From the NCBI GenBank assembly GCA_964016885.1, contig OZ024748.1, positions 2,604,001 through 2,668,000 of the forward strand: a stretch of 64,000 bases of DNA, written 5' to 3'. The notes below the pieces were generated by a model, which was not told the DNA's origin, did no database searches, and saw only the letters and a list, made by a program, of their open reading frames with translations. This DNA is from Eledone cirrhosa. Its lineage: Eukaryota. Both the position numbers and the translations under genes were made by a program. Below are positions 1-12,987 of this stretch, piece after piece (within the stretch, counting starts at the first letter, position 1; each line of letters starts with the position of its first letter).

Positions 1-155
1 AGGCCCATAGTATTGGAGCTGTGACGTCTCAATTCAAAGAAGTAGCAGCTCTACCTGAAGTGACTCTCTCATCCCCGAACTACGCAATTTATTAAGTAAA
101 ATTACTCCAAAGGCCCTTTGGAGGAACCCCATTTCAGCCGCTTGTATTCACGATA
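1..155 (-). mobile_element. RTE-clade LINE fragment (C-terminal ORF region), degraded
   Basis: Minus strand translates RIQAAEMGFLQRAFGVILLNKLRSSGMRESLQVELLLL*IETSQLQYYG, a typical post-RT segment of RTE LINEs; similar to the copy at 1781-2127. Confidence 0.7.
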
Positions 156-688
156 GAAATAATAATATAATGATGACTCCCTGGTGTGTGTTCAATCCTG
201 CAACTCCTACTGACCAGCCAAACATACTAACCATTATAGCATGGAACTATATAATAATTTGTTCTTTGCCTTCAAAAAAGAAAAAAAAGGTGTATGTACT
301 TTTTTGCTTTGATTCTAACCCGATGTTTACATATTTATACCAATTAATATTTTTCATTAGCTCACAGAATGTGGTGAGTTGGCTGAGATGTAATTTTACT
401 GTTACTTTATTTTCTGAGTTTGGTTGTTTAAAACCCCACTCCCATTCACCCAAGTATATTTCCACACTCATATACCTATAATGTGAGGAAAAATATATGC
501 CGAGATATATATACACTAGTGTTCCTCAACCTACAAACCACGTTAATATCTCCTATTTTTCTTCTTCTAACTTTTATATATTATATAAACGCATTGAGCT
601 ATTCCTTTCTCTTAAAAGTTGACAGTTACTTTCTATAAATTTAATTCTCTACTCTCTTTTGAGAATTGATAATATAGTTCTAACTTTG

Positions 689-723
<35 letters not shown>

Positions 724-1042
724 TATATATACACATATATATATATACACATATATATATATATATATGTGTGTAGTGAAAAAGAAGTGTGGACATTAGA
801 AAACGTTCTATACAGATCATGTTATATAAGGAAAATGATTAAAAAGAAGGGTTTGAAAAGTACATCTGGTATATATATAAGAAGGATCTTTATAACGTAT
901 AAAAATTTATGTTAACAAAGCCTGCTTTCTCCATTTTGGATTGTCAAAACATTTATTAAGTTAAATTGTTTTTTCGTTAAAACACCTGCATGCTGATTCT
1001 CGACCATAATATACCTGTATGAATTTGTTTGATTATATTTTG

Positions 1043-1073
<31 letters not shown>

Positions 1074-1082
1074 TTTTTACAG

Positions 1083-1130
1083 GTGTTGCAGTCTGCTAAG
1101 GAACAGATAAAATGGTCACTTTTGAAATAA
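1083..1130 (+). CDS. COPZ1: Terminal coding exon of coatomer subunit zeta (COPI zeta-COP)
   Basis: Strong acceptor (tttatttttactttttacag) followed by GTG TTG CAG TCT GCT AAG GAA CAG ATA AAA TGG TCA CTT TTG AAA TAA = VLQSAKEQIKWSLLK*, matching the conserved zeta-COP C-terminus (VLQSAKEQIKWSLLR in vertebrates, from recall). No upstream exon recognised in the window. Confidence 0.9.
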   Translation: MLQSAKEQIKWSLLK

Positions 1131-1510
1131 TGGTAAAACCTGGATATTACTGCCACAGCCACTACTACCACCATCAACACCACCATGAAGATGAGTGATA
1201 TTCTAGAAAATACCACTTCAACTATCAGATCATATTAATAATTTGAGACATAATTCGACATACATTTTTTTTGTTGTTGATTTCTTTTTTTTTTTTCATA
1301 TCTCTCAGAGATTTATTAAATTCATATTTCACTGATATTTTGAACAGAATTTGTTGTTATTTAAACGAAAAAAAAAAAAATCTTTATCTCTGAATTAAAA
1401 AAAATGGTTTGGTTTTTCCTACAATATGTGCATGTTTTATGAGGGGCAGTGTAATTTATTTATATATTTAATCAATTTAAATGTCTGAATAAAGCTAGTA
1501 AGCCATGACA
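1131..1510 (+). other. Probable COPZ 3' UTR with polyadenylation signal
   Basis: U-rich sequence with ATTTA motifs after the stop; AATAAA at 1488-1493 and ATTAAA at 1315-1320. Confidence 0.5.
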
Positions 1511-1780
1511 GACTTGGAAAGGTTTCTAGTACCCCTTTACAGTTAAGAATCAAAAATACGATAGACAGAGATTAAAAAATGGAAGGCCAATAGGAGGTAA
1601 AAGAAGTATAAAAAAAGATGATAAAAAAAAAAATGGAAACCAAGGGCAACTATAAAGCAGCTATAAGTTTCTGTTTTTGAATCGTTTCCTAACCTCCATG
1701 TACTGAAAGATCTTGTTTATAGTTGGTTGATCTTTGACAAGGTATTGAATCGCCAATCATAAAAGTATTTTAATAATCAG

Positions 1781-2127
1781 CTTTGGAGTAACATTACTTG
1801 ATCAATTGTGTAGCTTGGATATCAGAGTCACTCCAGGTAGACTCACTACTTCTCTGAGAGGTCATAGTTCTGATACTATGGGCATGTGGTTAGCATGTCT
1901 CAGGTAAGAATTGCTGGACAGATTTTATGGGCAAAACCAACTGGCAAAGAGACCCAGGGGTAGACCTTGAGCAAGGTGGTTGGATAACATCCATGAGCTT
2001 GGCTGGTCTCACTTGGGGATCCACCGGGATCAGTTGGAGATAGTTGCTTCTGACAGGACCCACTGGAAGGAGTGGTTGAGGACTGTCCACCCCACGACCC
2101 CTTCAGGAATAAGTGGACGAAGATCAT
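1781..2127 (+). mobile_element. RTE-clade LINE 3' end, degraded
   Basis: Frameshifted translation contains YYGHVV.MS...QILWAKPTGK.P.GRP.ARWLDNIHELGWSHLGI...ASDRTHWK, the typical RTE C-terminal motifs. Confidence 0.75.
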
Positions 2128-2176
2128 GTTTTTAATTTCTTTCTTAGTCTCGTATTGATGATAAAAAAGCTTGAGC

Positions 2177-2360
2177 TAATAATTGTTTCTACTTTTGGCA
2201 CAAGGCCAGAAATTACCCCAGTGCATTACTGGTGCTTTATTTTATCGACCCCGTAAGAATGAAAGACAAAATTAACCTTGGCGGGATTTAAATTCAGAAC
2301 GTAAAGGGCCACAACTCTATGCTTCAAAGCATGGTGTCTGAGGCTCTACAGATACTGCAA
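2177..2360 (-). mobile_element. tRNA-derived SINE, family A
   Basis: Reverse complement of the family A consensus seen at 12988-13181, ending ggccttgtgccaaaagtagaaacaattatta. Confidence 0.75.
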
Positions 2361-2464
2361 TAATACGCATGTACAGCATATACGAGTATAATGAAGCCCC
2401 CCCCCCCCCACCCAATCCCCAAACTATTGGAAGCTCTGATATATGGGTAGCTTATATGTGAGGA

Positions 2465-2745
2465 ATATTTGGCTGTTATTTCTAGCATGTTCATCGATCA
2501 TATAGATACTATCTTGCTGGCCTATGACGATGATAGTGTTGTTGATGATGATGGTACTGTTGTTTTAACTCTAGGTGAACTCTAAATGAGCATACCTGTG
2601 ATGAAAGGCATTCTCACCTTGACCACCTCGTCTATATTTCAGGAAATTTACCTTACGTTTTAGCCAATGTGTCTCGTCTTCTCATTTTAAGGGACATTTG
2701 GCTGCTATTTCTAGCATGTTGATCGACCACATAGAGGCTTCCTCG
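2465..2745. repeat. Interspersed repeat with motif ttggctg(c/t)tatttctagcatgttgatcgac
   Basis: Motif occurs twice here and recurs near 12050, 12410, 16150 (inverted) and 18030. Confidence 0.5.
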
Positions 2746-3249
2746 TGATATCTTGGTGTGTTTATAAATTGCGAGGTCAGACGATATATAAGAGTCAGTT
2801 TGTTCTGAGAATAATATTGTCGTTGCTACTTGCTGCGTAGTTAAAGTATTATCATAATCATCATCATCATCAATAATAATAATAAGTATTATTATTGTTG
2901 TTGTTATTCTATTCGGTTTGGTTCAGTCGGAATTGTTAAGACTTCTTACTTCACAGCTGAGTGGTTGACGTTAGAAAGGGTATCCAGCTGTAAAACAACA
3001 ACAAACAACAACAAGGAGAACAACATATACCAAAAAATAAAAAGACAAAAAACAAAAGTAAAATACCCCCATCCCACCCCACAAAAAAATAAGAAAATAA
3101 AACCCTACCATTTACCTTCATGAAGATTCATGCAACCATCCGGCCCATTCATGCAAATGTTGAGGAAAAGAAAATGGTTGTAAAACTGTCAAAATAAAAA
3201 CCCCACACACCTAAAAAAACAAACAACTAATAACAACAACAACAACAAC

Positions 3250-3292
<43 letters not shown>

Positions 3293-4255
3293 CTAAAAAC
3301 TCAGCCAACCGACCAACAAACATACGGAACATAGAAACGAACAAAAACAGAAGTGTTTTATTAGATATTTTGTTAGTGGCGAAGTCTGAACAGAAGAAGA
3401 AAGGTCAAATTTGTTAGTGACGAGCCCACCCTACAAATTTATAGCAGCATTAAAGTTAAATCATAGTTATAAATTGACATCAAACCCACTTCCTCTCTTC
3501 TCTTCCGAGAGGCTGGAGTTTCACTCTTCTCCTCCATAAGCCAGCATCGAAGCAGTAACTTTTCTTCAAATATTATTTTCAGATATTGTTAATCTTTAAT
3601 TTTCAGCAATAAACTTTACTTTGATATATATCATTTCTATCTTTGAACTTTGGAGCGGAGGAAAATAGAAAAAGGACTACCTTAAAGTTGGCAGTAAAAT
3701 GTTAGTTTTAGAAAATAGCTTATCTTTGAAGTGAAACGATGCAAACCGTTCCCCTTTTGATGTTTAGTTTGATCTGTTAGTTTGAGTCGTAAAACTAGAC
3801 TTTACTACATACATACCTAATCTCTGACCTTGAATACAAACATACATATAGAGACATAACTGGATCTCTGAACAACTCTCATGTCAGAAACATGCAGTGT
3901 GATATTTTCATTTTAACTTTCAATGACCAACCAGAGATAGATACACACACATATATATACATATATATATATACGTACATACTTACATATATGCATACAT
4001 ATATATATACATATACATATAAACATGCATATATACGTACGTACGCATATACATACGTACGCACATACATACTTACATATATACATACATTCATATATAC
4101 GTACATGTGTGGATATGTATGTATGTACTCATGTGTGTATATGTATGTATATATATATACATATGTGTGTGTGTATATATATATATAAAGGTGTGTGTGT
4201 ATATATCTATCTATACACATATATATATGGTTAATTTTCTCTAATTTTATATATA

Positions 4256-4347
4256 CAGGGTGTCTCAAAAAAGGTATACACACTTTGATTACCTGTACAG
4301 GCAATATTTATTAGACTACTGAAGTGTGTATATATTTTTTGGGGACA
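4256..4347. mobile_element. Short Tc1/mariner-type MITE
   Basis: TA + cagggtgtctcaaaaaaggtatacacactt ... aagtgtgtatatattttttggggaca + TA; imperfect TIRs. Confidence 0.55.
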
Positions 4348-4594
4348 TATATAATGTTTTATTAGGCAGACGACACACACACACAGTATAACTATATATA
4401 TATACATGTTTGTGTGTATATATGTGTCGTCTGCCTAATAAAACAGCGATATCATTTCAGTTGGGTTTTGTTGTTTTATCACACGAGTGTAGGGATGAGC
4501 AGACGAGAGTTTTACAACGAAGGAGGAGGAGGGGGGGGGGGGTTGAATAGACTGGGAAGAAGTTCTACTTCGCTGATCTCTCATTTTGTATATG

Positions 4595-4772
4595 TTGGAC
4601 CTTCGTCGGTTTCGACGACGAATGTTCCAGTTATTTGTTCAACGGAACAATTTGCTCATGAAATTATCGTGCAAGTGGCTGAGCATTCTACAAACATGTG
4701 TATCCTTAGTGCAATCCTCACGGCAAATCATGATACAGTTTGTGACAAGGCTCATCGTTTGAATTACAGGTA
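4595..4772 (-). mobile_element. SINE family B, tail fragment
   Basis: gtttcgacgacgaatgttccagtt...gtggctgagcattc...gtgacaaggct...gaattacaggta is shared with 9452-9800, 10195-10870 and 23160-23240 (inverted). Confidence 0.65.
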
Positions 4773-5066
4773 AATCAAAAATTAGCTGTATCTATATAAT
4801 ACAGTATTTGTCATTTTAAGTGATGAACTTCTCAGTTGAAAGTGAGACCTTTCTAATTCAAAGTGAGATTAAGGATTTCAAAATGAGACTTTACGACTTT
4901 AAAGTGAGAATAACGATTTCTAAATGAAAATGGTAATTTTAAAATGAAATTAACACACACAAAAATGTGTATGATACTTTTGAAAGACAAACAGAGATCC
5001 TGAAATAATATTTGTAATGTTAACCATGGGAACTTAACGAGACAAAACTCCCCCATCCTCACCCCA

Positions 5067-5220
5067 CCATGAGCTCAGTAGTCTCGCTAGACCCCCGAGC
5101 AAGATGGTTGAATAACATCCATGAGCTCGCTTGGTCTCGCTAGACCCCGAGCAAGATGGTTGAATAACATCCATGAGCTCGCTTGGTCTCGCTAGACCCC
5201 GAGTAAGATGGTTGAATAAC
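5067..5220 (+). repeat. 52-bp tandem repeat (about 3 copies) derived from RTE LINE sequence
   Basis: Unit gtctcgctagaccccgagcaagatggttgaataacatccatgagctcgcttg; aagatgg at 5101 and 5153; matches 1960-2010 of the RTE copy. Confidence 0.8.
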
Positions 5221-5619
5221 AAGGGTGTGTACGGTCATCCCTATTGTTCATAATCTTCAATGTACTGGTTTGACATGCGCAGCTGGGCCGGAAGTTATAT
5301 TACGACTGGTCAGTGTAGGATCAATTGGCTGGAATTTTCCGATGGGATTATGTTAATTAACTCGTCAGAGGTTGATCAAAGATATATTTCTAATTAAATC
5401 AAGTAAGTTAAAGTTTTTTTTACGTGACACGAGCTCTACACAATAATTTCATTATATTATATTATATCATTATGTAATTGCTATCCTCATTTTAAAGTGT
5501 TATACCTCACTTTGAAGTTAAATGTATTCATTTTGAAGTCGTTATTTTCACTCTGGACTAATATTTTCTTACTTTGAAAACATCATTCTCCGTTACTTTA
5601 ACTTTGAAATCGTCATATA

Positions 5620-5960
5620 TATTTACTTTGATCTGATATGTGCCCACATTGAAGTTGTTATTCTCACTTTGACCTGATATTTTACCCCACATTGAACTCG
5701 TTATTCTCACTTTGATCTGATATTTGCCCACCTTCAAGTCGTTATTCTCACTTTGAACTGATATTTGCCCACCTTCAAGTCGTTATTCTCACTTTGAACT
5801 GATATTTGCCCACCTTCAAGTGTTATTCCCACTTTGAATTGATATTTTCCCCACCTTCAAATCGCTATTCTCACTTAGAGCGGATATTTCCCCCACTTTG
5901 ATCTGATATGTGCCCACCTTGAAGTCGTTATTCTCCGCTATTCTCACTGTGAACTGATTT
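5620..5960. repeat. About 41-bp degenerate tandem array
   Basis: Unit ttattctcactttgaactgatatttgcccaccttcaagtcg; starts at 5701 and 5742. Confidence 0.8.
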
Positions 5961-6157
5961 ATCCTCGGAATTAAAAAAACTATATTTACATCAACCCTAA
6001 TACAACAACCCCCTCTTCCCTCTGCCTCACTCATCTCAAAGGTAAATAAACACGAATCCATTGTACGTAACAGACGTGGGTGACAGCATTTGTGAATATT
6101 CGGTAATTACTGTTCAATGCGGCATAAAATAACTCCTTTGAGGTTTTGTGTGTCTGG

Positions 6158-6201
<44 letters not shown>

Positions 6202-6395
6202 CAAATTCAGATTTTATACAATAAAAATCATTTGTGTGTCTGGAACATTATATATATATGTATGTAAGTATATATATAAATATGAATATATATATATGTA
6301 TGTATGTATATATAAATATATATATATATGCATGTATGTATATATATATAAATATATATATATATATGGATGTATATCTATAAATAAATAAATAA

Positions 6396-6467
<72 letters not shown>

Positions 6468-6614
6468 AAAATAGCGGATTCAGTTTTAATACAATAAAAA
6501 TTATTTTATACACTGCCATAAATTCTTTCTCAAACTTATTAGTTTTCTTTTAATGCTTTTTTTTTTCACGACAAGGGTGCGTCTTATATCCCGACAAAAT
6601 AATAATAATAATAA

Positions 6615-6793
6615 TAATTGTTTCTACTTTTGGCACAAGGCCAGCAATTACTCAGTACATTACTGGTACTTTATTTTATCGACCCCGTAAGGATGAAAGG
6701 CAAAGTTAACCTCGGCGGGATTTGAACTCATTCCGTAAAGGGACGTAACTATCCTGCAAAGCATGGCGTCCGACCTTCTACCGATACTGCAAG
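6615..6793 (-). mobile_element. tRNA-derived SINE, family A
   Basis: Reverse complement of family A consensus including B-box gagttcaaatccc. Confidence 0.8.
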
Positions 6794-7205
6794 AATTAAT
6801 TGCTTTATTATTGGTATGACTACAGGTTAGTGACCGTCGGCTTTTCACTGATCTCCCCCGCCACCAACCCTCATCACCTTTTTATTAATTTAATAATTTT
6901 ATATTTAAAATGAAATTTTGCAGAGACACATTCTCCATAGATTACGATAATGTTAGTCTTGTGTTATTTTTTTTTTACTGGTATTACTAAGTTGACCGCG
7001 GCCATGCTGGGGTACCGTCATGAAGGGGTTTAGTCGATCATATTGACCCCAGTACTTACTTTTTCAAGTCTAGTATTTATTTACGCACTCCGTTTAATTA
7101 CAGAACTGACGCATACACACACACATATATATACATACATACATATTTAAACATACATATATACATACATACATTTATACCCAAACACACACATATATAT
7201 ATATA

Positions 7206-7255
<50 letters not shown>

Positions 7256-7276
7256 CCTACGTACGTACATACGTAT

Positions 7277-7319
<43 letters not shown>

Positions 7320-7512
7320 GCTGGAAATAGCCGTCGAAACGGCTTGAGCTCTGCCGTCGGGGTTAAACATTTTCCTATATATATATATAGTTAGTTTCAT
7401 TGACGGCTGCAGTTTTAATATAAATGGTACTAAGAGATTCTAAACATTCTAATATGGAACAATAAAAACGTTGTTCCTTTAACGTCTCAAATTAGTACTT
7501 ATAAATTAAATG

Positions 7513-7755
<243 letters not shown>

Positions 7756-7872
7756 CCTATATATATATCTTATATATATATATTTAAATGCCTTATGAAT
7801 ATATATATCTTATATATATATATATATATGTGTATGTGTATTTTTATATATATATATATGGAGAGAGAAAGA

Positions 7873-7959
<87 letters not shown>

Positions 7960-8253
7960 TCATTATAGCAAAAATGAATTAGTATGAAACAATATCTTAA
8001 TTACTGTTTAATTATTAATATTTATTAGAAAAGAACGTAAAATGTACCTTCTTACGTCGAGGACACAAAACTTTCGGAATTAAACAAGGTTAATACGATT
8101 TCATAAATCTTTTCTTTTCATATATTGAGAGCAACAAATAAAATATATAGGAAAAACAAAACGAAAACGAAATAACTACCTTCCCCTACCTTCCCCTACC
8201 CTCTACCTAGACAATCAAACATGAGCGACATTTTATTTCCTATTTTCGCTATA

Positions 8254-8284
<31 letters not shown>

Positions 8285-8339
8285 TTATGTATCTATGTAT
8301 ATATGTATATATGTATATATATGTATGTATGTGTGTATG

Positions 8340-8375
<36 letters not shown>

Positions 8376-8511
8376 TATATATACATATATATATATGTGT
8401 GTGTGTGTGACTGTATGTATATATATATATAAATGTTTGTGTATATATATATATGTGTGTGTGTGTATATATATATGTGTGTGTGTATGTATATATATGT
8501 GTGTGTATATA

Positions 8512-8574
<63 letters not shown>

Positions 8575-9451
8575 ACGTATATATATCTATATGTACGTTA
8601 TATATATATATATATGTGTGTGTGTGTTTGTATGTGTGTATATTTTCTTGAGGTGTTTTTGTTTTTTGGTTTTGTTTTAAACACAATGAAGATCAGTTTC
8701 TCTCAGGAAAAACAGTTCCCTTCTATTTTGTGGGAATATGTAAGATATATACGTGTGGTAATGTGTTGGCTGCAAGCCTGGCGCCATAGTAGATCTGTTC
8801 GGGAAAGAACTGCAAGAGGTCACTCGGTACAAAGTATTGTTCTTTTCAAATCAATTCTACCCTTCATTTAATCTATAAACAATACGTAAAACTCACAAAA
8901 ACCAAATAAAATAAAAGGAACAATTGGAATCATTGAAAACTATTTTTTTTCTTCATCGTAAACTTCTCTCTTCATTATCATTATCATTATTATTATTATC
9001 ATTATTATTATTATTATTATTATTTGTTGTTGTTGTTTTGTTGTTGTTATTCCTGTTGGGTTGTTCCTGTTTGTTGTTGTTGTTGTTGTTGTAATCGTTT
9101 ATCAAAAGCGAGTTATTTTAGTAATTGTATTGTCATTCTTTTTAAAGTAATTTCTTGAGACATATTACCTTCGTTATTAATACAAGTAAATTTTTTTCCC
9201 AAAATTTCATAAAATCTACAACAAAGATGGTGTGTATACTTCCCAAAGCTGTTTTAGGGTTAGGAAAATGGTGACGGTGACTCAAACAAAAGCCATATTA
9301 CGCCTATTTTAATGAGAACTGCAAAAATAACTTTAGATTTAAAACTAATTCCGTAAGACAATGTTTTTTTAGTTTTAATTAAACCGCAGCCGTTTAAATC
9401 GCACATATTGTTGTTGTTCTTTTCTTATCTTTAAATCAAGAAAGAAGCAAT

Positions 9452-9800
9452 GGACCTCCGTCAGTTTCGACGATGAGTGTTCCAGTTGTTCGATTAACGG
9501 AACAACCTGGTCATGTAATTAACGTGTAAGTTGCTGAGCATTCCACAGACACGTGTACCACCTTTAACTTAATTCACAAGGAGGTTTAGCATAATAGAGT
9601 TTGTGACAAGGCTGACCCTTTGAATTACAGGTACAGTACATCTGGCGGGCTTCCAAACAGTTTCCGCCTACCCAATTTCACTCTCGAGGCATGGTTTGAC
9701 CTGAGGCTATGATAAACGACATTTGACCAAGATGTCATGCCGTGGGATCGAACCTGGGACCTAATGATTGCAAAGTAAACTTCTTCAACATTCAGCCATG
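9452..9800 (-). mobile_element. SINE family B (tRNA-like head near 9800)
   Basis: Minus strand starts gcatggctgaatgttgaagaag...ggttcgatccca (A/B-box-like); body shared with other copies. Confidence 0.65.
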
Positions 9801-10194
9801 CTTCGTCCACTTCTAAATCAAAATTTATTATAACTCGGTAGAATCTGTAGAGCGTCCGGTAAACACGTCTCGTCTCAATATTTGTTCTGGCTCTCTGCAC
9901 CCTGATTTCAAATCCCGATGAGGTCAACTTTTCCTTTCACCCTTTCATCTTTTCGGGGTCGAAAAATGAGACACAAGTCCCGGAAGATAGGGCGAGGTGA
10001 ATTGGTGGAGAAATTGTGACAGGAGACTTTGTGGTGTCTGATTCGGCTCTGTACGTTCTAACTTCAAATTCTGTCACCTGTCAACGGGGAAAATGGTGAC
10101 GCTTCTGCCCAAATGTTTCCACCTGCGATATCAGCAAACCAGAGAATGTCGAGATGATTCTTTCCACACAGATCAAAGAAGCCACTCCATAGAA

Positions 10195-10870
10195 CGAACT
10201 TCCGTCGGTTTCGACGATGAGTGTTCCAGTTGTTCTATCAACGGAACAGTAAATCAATGAGCATTTCACAGACAAGTGTACCCAGTGTCGTATTTAGGAC
10301 AAATGAGGCCCTGTACTAGTTAAGTTATGAGGCCCTGTACTAGTTAAGTTATGAGGCCCAGTGCTAGTTAAGTTATGAGGCCCAGTGCTAGTTAAGTTAT
10401 GAGGCCCAGTGCTAGTTAAGTTATGAGGCCCAGTGGTAGTTAAGTTATGAGGCCCAGTGCTAGTTAAGTTATGAGGCCCAGTGCTAGTTAAGTTATGAGG
10501 CCCAAAAATTAAAAAAAATTCATTGTAAATAAATTGTTTGGCAGGAAGGTGCCTCCTCTCCACCGCCCAACGGGGCCTTGTGCATAAGCACACCCAACTA
10601 CAATGGTAAATCCTGCACTGTGTCTACCCTTAATATAATTCTAGAGAGATTTAACGTGACACAGTGTATAAAAAGGTTGACCCTTTGAATTACTAGTACA
10701 GTTCGATCTACAGGCTTCTACACAGTCTCTGTCGACCCAGTTTCACTCACAAGGCATAGGTCGACCCGAAGCTATGGTATATGACCCTTGCTCAAGTTGG
10801 CAGACAGTGAGATCGAACATGGAACCTCAAGATTGCGAAGAGAACTTCTTAACCACTCGACTTTACCTGT
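10195..10870 (-). mobile_element. SINE family B copy interrupted by a MITE
   Basis: Colinear with 9452-9800 on both sides of the 10283-10620 insertion. Confidence 0.65.
10283..10620. mobile_element. hAT-like MITE containing a 24-bp tandem array
   Basis: TIRs cagtgtcgtattta / taaatcctgcactg; diverged 8-bp TSD agtgtacc / tgtctacc; about 8 copies of ttatgaggcccagtgctagttaag at 10303-10503. Confidence 0.65.
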
Positions 10871-11041
10871 ATACAATATATTATACAACAATATGGTGTA
10901 TGTAGCTCGCACTATATTGCAGTACTATAGCAACCACTTAAACACACATAAACACACGCGCACGCACACACACACACACACTCATATATATATATATGTT
11001 TATATATATATAAATATATATATAAATATGTATATATATAT

Positions 11042-11098
<57 letters not shown>

Positions 11099-11619
11099 AA
11101 CACATACACACCTAGCTTTATGGTATTAGTGCGTAAAAACACACTTTACAAGATGGCAGCCATAAATAAAAAAAATATCAGTAGCTTCTTTATAGCTTTA
11201 AACCGTGAAATTCCACAACAAACACCAGATTATATGATATTATTATCACAATTTACACATTTTACTATAGAAATAAGCATACTTCCCTGTATTTTGGTTC
11301 CTGTTTTGTTTGTTATTACTTATCATGCTGTTGCCTGTTTTAAAATTAAGGAACGTACAATTTTAAATTTTATTTGTTCTATGAAGTAAGTTGCATTTTG
11401 TAATTCACTTTACAGAACTGAAAGCGAAATTGTAACAAGTTTAAATTTAATTATCGTATAACAACAATAAACAACCACATAAAAGGAAAAATAAATTTGA
11501 TAATTAAAAAAAAAAAAATGATAAAACTTGCTTCAGTAAGTAAGAAAATTTTGTTGAGAAATAAAACATTTTATTTTAAACGAACATATTCTATCATGTG
11601 TTGCGTACCCTTTCCGCCT

Positions 11620-11935
11620 CATAGCTACCCGCTGTATACGCTGGTATGGACATGTCCTCCGCTTTCCACCAGATCCTCCTACCAGGCCGACCTTACTCTC
11701 GTTCTACACATCGGCTGCAAGCTGGAAGTGGACACAAAGCAGGCCCACCACCAAATGGCTGGATGTCATCAGGTAAGAAGATCTCCGGAGTTTCGACATC
11801 ACATTGGCGGATGGCACGGGACCGCCAGCGATAGAGGGCGCTGGTGGGCCTGATCGGCTCTATACACGACGAAGCTTTGGGATCGCTGGCTTGAATGACC
11901 CCCGGCCTCGTCGAGCAAGAAGAAGTAGAATAGAA
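11620..11935 (+). mobile_element. RTE-like LINE 3' end (second family), degraded
   Basis: Translates RCIRWYGHVLRFPPDPP...WK...RPTTKWLDVIR...MARDRQR.RALV, followed by a short gaa-rich tail. Confidence 0.7.
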
Positions 11936-12987
11936 GAGCTCAGCTTAAAAGGGGACTGATTCGTTGATTGAAGATGATAGAAAAGTATGTTGTTAATGCC
12001 TATCCCCCTCACGTTTGAAAAGATGAAAATGAGAAGGATATGTTGATTTGGCTGTTGTTTCTGGCACGTCGAACCACTATAATAATGATTTCTACTATAG
12101 GCACAAGGCCAGCAATTTGAGGGGAAGGGAAAGTCGATTAAATCAACCTCAGTGCTATTACTGGTACTTTATTTTGCCGACCCCGTACGGATGAAAGGCA
12201 AAGTTAACTTCAGACTTTCATAAGGGTAATGAGAATTGTGTACAGTGCTCAGGTGCACTACAACTCATTAAAAGTGCATAGAATAATGTGCAAATGTCAG
12301 GGTTGTTTCCGCCAGTGATTCACTGATTCAAAATGCTAGAAAAGTTTGTTGTTCATGAGTATCTCCCTCACATTTGAAATGATGAAAATGAGAGCAATAT
12401 GGTGGTTTGGCTGTTGTTTCTGGCAGGTCGAACCACTATGTAAAAGTTTCCTAGTTGTTTCCATGAGTCATTCAAGTTTGTGGGTTTGGGAACATGCTTC
12501 TTAAATTGTTATATCTTCACATGTCTTTAAAAATAACTTTCTCTCACATTATTCTTCAAGCAAGAGTGCGGTGGATATCAGAATCGGTAGAGCAATGACT
12601 AATATAGCTTCAGTGTTGTCCTTTTTTTTATATTTCACGTTCTGAGTTCAAATCCTGCAGAGGTCAACTTTATATTCCATCTCTTCTATCTTATTTACCT
12701 GTAACACATTATAAAATCGTAGGGGCGCCTTAGTTGATATACGACGAGTTTTAAACATTTTAAACCTGGAGAGGAAGTGAAAAATATACCCAGAGGAAGA
12801 ATCGATCCCCAGTACTAAACTGGTACTTTTTTTTTTATATATCGACCTCCAAAAAGACCCTCGTCTCTACAGGATCAATAAAATAATCTGGTAGTCAAAT
12901 ATTAGGGTCAATAGAATCGACTTTCTCCTCTCTTCATATTGTTGGACTTGTGACTAAATTAGAAACCATTATTACGGGGTCGATAGG

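Noticed and set aside
5330-5372. CTGACGA...GAAA on the minus strand as a hammerhead (also CTGAAGA at 14421 and CTGATGA at 19379)
   Set aside because: No stem II closing onto GAAA; the 19379 hit is LINE coding sequence
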